Assembly (NCBI GenBank): GCA_963791045.1 | Contig: CAWBQK010000011.1 | Coordinates: 64,001 to 128,000, forward strand | From: Candidatus Latescibacterota bacterium | GTDB lineage: Bacteria > Krumholzibacteriota > Krumholzibacteriia > WVZY01 | Reading direction: 5' to 3' | Length of the DNA stretch: 64,000 nucleotides | In this document: in pieces, positions 59,575 to 64,000 of the stretch | Layout of the letters: each line of letters starts with the position of its first letter | Position numbering within the stretch: position 1 is the stretch's first letter | Notes under the pieces: model-generated | Seen by the model: only the letters and a program-made list of their open reading frames with translations | Database searches by the model: none | What the model was told of the DNA's origin: nothing | Translations under genes and position numbers: made by a program

Positions 59575-61791
59575 CTACACGCCTTTATCGGTTTGTGGGG
59601 TTTTTGAGTTGCGGGTCTCGATCAGGTCGTCGAGGTTGTCGGGGATGCGGATGATGAAGGTCGTGCCCTTTCCTTTTTCGCTCGTCACCTTTATATCGCC
59701 CCGGTGGGCCTTGATGATCTGATAGCATATCGAAAGTCCCAGCCCAGTTCCCACGCCGACGCCTTTGGTGGTGTAGCCTGGATCGAATATCCTGTTAATC
59801 TCCTCTTTCGAAACCCCCTTGCCGGTGTCTCTGATTTCGATGGTCACATTGCCGTCTTCGTGACGGGTCGTTATTGTTATTTCTCCGGTGCCTTCTATTG
59901 CCTGGCCCGCATTGACGAGAATGTTGACGTACACCTGGTTCAGCTGTCCCGGAAAGCACGAAATCGGTGGAACGTTTCCAAAATCCTTCGTGATCGTCAC
60001 GTGCCGTTTGAGTTGATGGTGGACCAGCATCAGTGTGTCTTCGATCCCCTCGTGGATGTCGACCTTCTTGATCTCGGCCTCGTCCAGTCTTGCAAAACTT
60101 CGAAGCCGTTTTACGATGTCTGTGACGCGTTCGGTTCCGGAGTTAATAACCGAATTGGCGTCCTCGATCACCTTGAGGGCGTTTGTCACATTTTTATCTT
60201 CAGTGGTTCCGTCGGGGCAATTGCCCATGATGGCTGTTTTTAGTTTTTCGATCGCCCGTGTCATGGTGTTGTGCATGCTGCTGATCGCGCCAACGGGGGT
60301 GTTGATTTCATGGGCGACGCCGGCGACGAGATTTCCCAGCGACGCCATCTTTTCCGACTGGATCAGCTGAGACTGGGTCTCTCGAAGTTCCCTGTTTGTC
60401 GCGGCGAGTTCGTCCATGACCTTCTGCCGTTTGTGCGCTTCCTCGAGCTCGATTTCTTTGAGGGCGTTATCCGCCTCGAGACGCATTCTTGTCTTTTCCT
60501 GTTCCAGGGATATGTCCGAAAGCTCGCGGATCTGGACGACCTGCCGTTCGAGTTTCTTTTTGTTGTGCGCATGGGTTCGGGCCAGGTACATCGACATGAA
60601 TAAGAGCATGACGAACAGTCCGTGGATATAGAGCTTTTCGGTTACGTTGGGAAGTATTCCGAACGCCATCGATATTTGAACTGTCGTCGCGAGAATAAAC
60701 GCGGAGCAACCGACGGCGATAATCCAGGAGGACGGCTTTTTCTCCGCGACGGCACACCCCAGCACCCTGATATTTTCCACAAAAACAACCAGACAGTAGA
60801 CAAAAACTTGTGTCATCGGGCCCTTCCAGGCCGGTATGGCGGTGGCGACAGCGAGGAGCGCCCAAAGCCAGAAGATCTTCGGGAGTTTGGGATAAAATAC
60901 CGAGTAGAGAAATCGAATTCCGAACAGCGCAACCAGGATGATGGCAAACTGCATGATCCTGATGTTGCGAACCATGTCCGAAATATCCGTGGACTTCGTT
61001 ATAAGAAGCGGGTAGAAGCAAATAATTCCGGCGAAAAAGGTAAAGATCGAATAATAGAGATTGTCTTTCGATTTTGGATAGAACACAAAGAGAAGCAAGT
61101 GCAGGAGGCTGAAAGCAAGGGCGAATGAGCCAAAGAAAACATGCGTTTTTGTCTCGGCGAGGATTTGTTTCTCGTGGGATGTGACCGCATCGATAGGGTC
61201 GCGAAGGGAGAGTCCTATTCCAATGCGATGGTGGCTGTCTCCGAAAAATTTTGAGCCAAAGTGATAAGAGAAGCGAATCGCGAGAACGTGGACGGCGCGT
61301 TCGTCAAACTGAATGGGCAGGATCGTTGAAATCGAGTGAGAGAGAAAAATCTTCTCGTCGCCACCCTCACCCATGACACGGCCGAGCGAATGTATCTTGC
61401 GGCCGTCGAGATAAATTTCCGAAGCCCCCCAGTGGGTTACCGACAGCGCCAGGGGGAAATTGTGAAGTTCGGGGTCGACGCGGAGGTGAAGCCGGAACCA
61501 GCCGTTTCCTTCAAAACCGGGGGGCAGTTCATCCGCGTAGAAATCGGGTTTGGCGACCGGCCATTTCGAATCATCGAACGAGGGGTCCGCCCATGCGATA
61601 TCGTCACCCGCCTGGAATTTCCACGGGCCGTCGAGTTTGACCCCGCCGTCGGCGTTCAGCCCGGCGCGCGAACACGCAACCACATTGTCCTCCGACGCAG
61701 CGGGCGATGCCGCCGAGAGCAGAGCTGCGATGACCAGAAAAACAGCGGCACTCAGGCCATGTCGATTCCAACGATTGTTATGTCGTCCCAT
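59575..61791 (-). CDS. Sensor histidine kinase with galactose-binding-like / 7TM-DISM sensor
   Basis: L.G.WKF..GDD..WA.P.FDDS.W, GWFR, ~7 TM, QSEKMASLG.LVAGVAHEINTP, TTK.VG.GTGLGL. Confidence 0.92.
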   Translation of the reverse strand: MGRHNNRWNRHGLSAAVFLVIAALLSAASPAASEDNVVACSRAGLNADGGVKLDGPWKFQAGDDIAWADPSFDDSKWPVAKPDFYADELPPGFEGNGWFRLHLRVDPELHNFPLALSVTHWGASEIYLDGRKIHSLGRVMGEGGDEKIFLSHSISTILPIQFDERAVHVLAIRFSYHFGSKFFGDSHHRIGIGLSLRDPIDAVTSHEKQILAETKTHVFFGSFALAFSLLHLLLFVFYPKSKDNLYYSIFTFFAGIICFYPLLITKSTDISDMVRNIRIMQFAIILVALFGIRFLYSVFYPKLPKIFWLWALLAVATAIPAWKGPMTQVFVYCLVVFVENIRVLGCAVAEKKPSSWIIAVGCSAFILATTVQISMAFGILPNVTEKLYIHGLFVMLLFMSMYLARTHAHNKKKLERQVVQIRELSDISLEQEKTRMRLEADNALKEIELEEAHKRQKVMDELAATNRELRETQSQLIQSEKMASLGNLVAGVAHEINTPVGAISSMHNTMTRAIEKLKTAIMGNCPDGTTEDKNVTNALKVIEDANSVINSGTERVTDIVKRLRSFARLDEAEIKKVDIHEGIEDTLMLVHHQLKRHVTITKDFGNVPPISCFPGQLNQVYVNILVNAGQAIEGTGEITITTRHEDGNVTIEIRDTGKGVSKEEINRIFDPGYTTKGVGVGTGLGLSICYQIIKAHRGDIKVTSEKGKGTTFIIRIPDNLDDLIETRNSKTPQTDKGV

Positions 61792-62966
61792 TTGTGATCC
61801 TTCTTGGCAAACGCCCGGCTCGAGTCGAGAAGCGCGACAAAAAGCTCGTCACCCTTTGAATCCTTGTGTTTTGTGAGAGTTTTTTCAAGCTCCGACGCGT
61901 CGAACTGCTCGCCGGACTCGTTTTCCACCTCGCTCAGGCCGTCGGTGTAGAGAAGCAGCGTGTCATGGGTGTCGAGTTTGATAGTCATTTCTTCGGCTAC
62001 CGGATAAAGGCTGTTGTCAACGATACCCAAAATGAAGCCCGAGGTTAAGATATGTTCGCCTTCGCGGCCGGCGCCTCTAAGCCGGTATGGATGGGGGTTA
62101 CCCGCGTTTACAAGCCGGCACTCGGATGACGAAGGATCGATTACGGCAACCAGCGCGGCGGCAAACGTATCGCGGGGGAGCCCCTCGAAGAGGATCCGGT
62201 TCATCCCGCGGACGATTTCCACCGGCTCGGCTTCGCCGTGCGCGAAGCTCGAAAACGCGAACTTTACGATCGCCGTACTGAGCGCCGCCTGAATCCCGTG
62301 TCCGGTGGCATCGGCGACGAGCACGCCGAGGCGATCCCCGGCAAGCGGGATGACGTCGTAGAAATCTCCCCCGATCTCGAGCGCGGGAATGTACCTGGCC
62401 GCCATGGAGATGCCGTTGATGTTTGGGAGCGTCTCGGGAAGCATACTGTGCTGGAGCAGGCGCGCCTGGCGAAGTTCCTCGTTAAGGATTCCCTCGCGTG
62501 TTTCCAATCGGGCGCGGTCGAGTAATACCTCGTCGAGTTCGTGAATGCGTTCGGCAAGTGTCTCTTCGAGTGTTTTTGCCCTTATCGCATTGTGTATCGC
62601 CAGAAGAATCTGGTCGTTGTCCCAGGGTTTCTCGATGTACTGAAACAGTCCGACTTCGTTTATCGCCCGGATCGCATTCTCTTTGTCCGCGTAACCCGTG
62701 AGCATGATACGTGGGACTTCGGGGCAAAGCTTTTTGACCTCCTGGAGGAACTGCAGGCCGTTCATTTCCGGCATCAGGAAGTCGGTAATGACAAGATCCA
62801 CCGGCGTGGAGTTGAGGAACTCGAGAGCGTCCCTGGGCGCCTGGGACTCGATGATCCGGTACTCGGTCTCGAGCGATAGAAACGCGTTGAGACTGCGGGT
62901 GACAACGGCGTCGTCGTCCACGATAAGGACGGTCGCCTGCTTTCGAGATTTGTCGTGGGAGGTCAT
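61752..62966 (-). CDS. Response regulator with PP2C/SpoIIE phosphatase domain (RsbU-like)
   Basis: LIVDDD, TDF.MP, KPW; IGGDFYD, ADATGHG, NAG.P.P, LYTDG..E, DDIT. Confidence 0.93.
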   Translation of the reverse strand: MTSHDKSRKQATVLIVDDDAVVTRSLNAFLSLETEYRIIESQAPRDALEFLNSTPVDLVITDFLMPEMNGLQFLQEVKKLCPEVPRIMLTGYADKENAIRAINEVGLFQYIEKPWDNDQILLAIHNAIRAKTLEETLAERIHELDEVLLDRARLETREGILNEELRQARLLQHSMLPETLPNINGISMAARYIPALEIGGDFYDVIPLAGDRLGVLVADATGHGIQAALSTAIVKFAFSSFAHGEAEPVEIVRGMNRILFEGLPRDTFAAALVAVIDPSSSECRLVNAGNPHPYRLRGAGREGEHILTSGFILGIVDNSLYPVAEEMTIKLDTHDTLLLYTDGLSEVENESGEQFDASELEKTLTKHKDSKGDELFVALLDSSRAFAKKDHKWDDITIVGIDMA

Positions 62967-63220
62967 GTGCTCGTATGGTTAAGATTTAAGAATTCGCCGG
63001 GCGCGGCATTTCAGCCGCAACTCGTTACTCTATCATAAGTTTTTCGCCCGTGGATGACAACTTCAAACCAGGGCGGCGACTCGGTCGGGACCACAAAAAC
63101 GGCCGAGTTTCGGGGGTGACAAGATCGGACAATTGTGAAAACATAATCAAGCAGTGGCGTACGCACCAGGGGAGGATGTGTCAACTCGGCAGAGAACGCT
63201 CGGCACGCTTCGATAATTCA

Positions 63221-64000
63221 ATGCTAAAAAGACTATTCTTGATTTCGCTCATATTTTGGGCAGGCACTATTTCGACGGTCTCGAGTGAAGAGGTCGACAA
63301 GCGTCCTCGTGTCGGTCTTGCGCTCGGCGGCGGCGCGGCTCGGGGCTTCGCCCACATCGGTGTTTTGAAAGTTCTCGAAGAGGTCGGAATGCCGGTGGAT
63401 TATATCACCGGTGTGAGTATGGGGAGTGTGATCGGCGGGCTCTATGCGTTGGGATACAGTACCGGTGACCTCGAGAAAGTGGCGTTCGATACCGATTGGA
63501 ACACGCTCTTTTCCGACAGAGAATCCCGGCGGGTTCTCAACATGCAACAGAAACGCTGGGACTCCCGGTTTTTGACGACGCTCTCGATCGACAAGTGGAA
63601 GGTCCGTGCCCCCTCCGGTTTGATCGATGCCCATAACATCAGCGGTCTGTTGTCGAGTCTGAGTCTTCCGTATCAGAAATCCGAGGATTTCAAGGCCCTG
63701 CGAATCCCCTTTGCTTGTGTGGCCACCGACATTGCCAACGGTGAAGGCGTCCTGCTCGATCACGGGTTTCTACCCGAAGCAATTCGCGCGAGTATGGCAA
63801 TACCGACCGTTTTTACTCCCGTCGAGATCGACGGCCGTCTGCTTGTGGACGGCGGGCTGGCGCGGCTTGTGCCCGCTGAGGACGCCCGCGTCCTGGGCGC
63901 CGACATCGTGATCGGGGTCAACGTGGGGCGGCGGGTGTACACCAGGGACGAGTTGGAATCACTCGTCAACATCTCAGATCAGGCAATGACTTTGATGCTC
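63221..64000 (+). CDS. Secreted patatin-like phospholipase (3' partial; possibly PlpD-type)
   Basis: Not in the ORF track because it runs off the end: MLKRLFLIS...VGLALGGGAARGFAHIGVL, GVSMG (GxSxG), RASMAIP, VDGG. Confidence 0.92.
   Translation, partial: MLKRLFLISLIFWAGTISTVSSEEVDKRPRVGLALGGGAARGFAHIGVLKVLEEVGMPVDYITGVSMGSVIGGLYALGYSTGDLEKVAFDTDWNTLFSDRESRRVLNMQQKRWDSRFLTTLSIDKWKVRAPSGLIDAHNISGLLSSLSLPYQKSEDFKALRIPFACVATDIANGEGVLLDHGFLPEAIRASMAIPTVFTPVEIDGRLLVDGGLARLVPAEDARVLGADIVIGVNVGRRVYTRDELESLVNISDQAMTLML

Noticed and set aside
63233-63763. 176-aa minus-strand ORF
   Set aside because: Antisense to the patatin gene on the + strand.

Overview
A 64 kb, GC-rich, gene-dense bacterial chromosomal window. 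FlgD-Ig/T9SS-like C-terminal domains, C-terminal TWGxxKxxY tails and mqnA suggest an FCB-group candidate phylum such as Krumholzibacteriota or Latescibacterota (inference). Contents in order: two convergent CTD-bearing secreted proteins, one a large C25 (gingipain-family) protease; lipoproteins; a POT-type MFS transporter; an RRM protein; flavodoxin; a CPA2 antiporter; a GIY-YIG nuclease; a YCF48-like propeller; an SBP5/histidine kinase/sigma54 regulator/TPR locus; FAD oxidoreductase plus OsmC; Ntn and serine hydrolases; a ~14 kb envelope cluster (2 MscS, DUF481, AI-2E, HlyD/DUF2955/NodT, a large PLD-like protein, a FadL-like barrel); aqpZ; a ~6 kb patch of gene remnants; hflX; a divergent mqnA; three GT-C-like membrane proteins; a 7TM kinase with a REC-PP2C partner; and a partial patatin gene. 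Five genes are broken, mostly by single-base insertions, probably long-read errors. I saw no rRNA, intact tRNA, CRISPR array, transposase or integrase. Best leads: a short C-terminal TWGxxKxxY tail on unrelated secreted proteins (candidate mini sorting signal), a dispersed structured intergenic element with a variable interior, an identical 18-bp palindrome 27.7 kb apart, a secreted PLD fusion, and a degenerate tRNA-fMet-like 3' end. All family calls come from motif recognition, not database searches.
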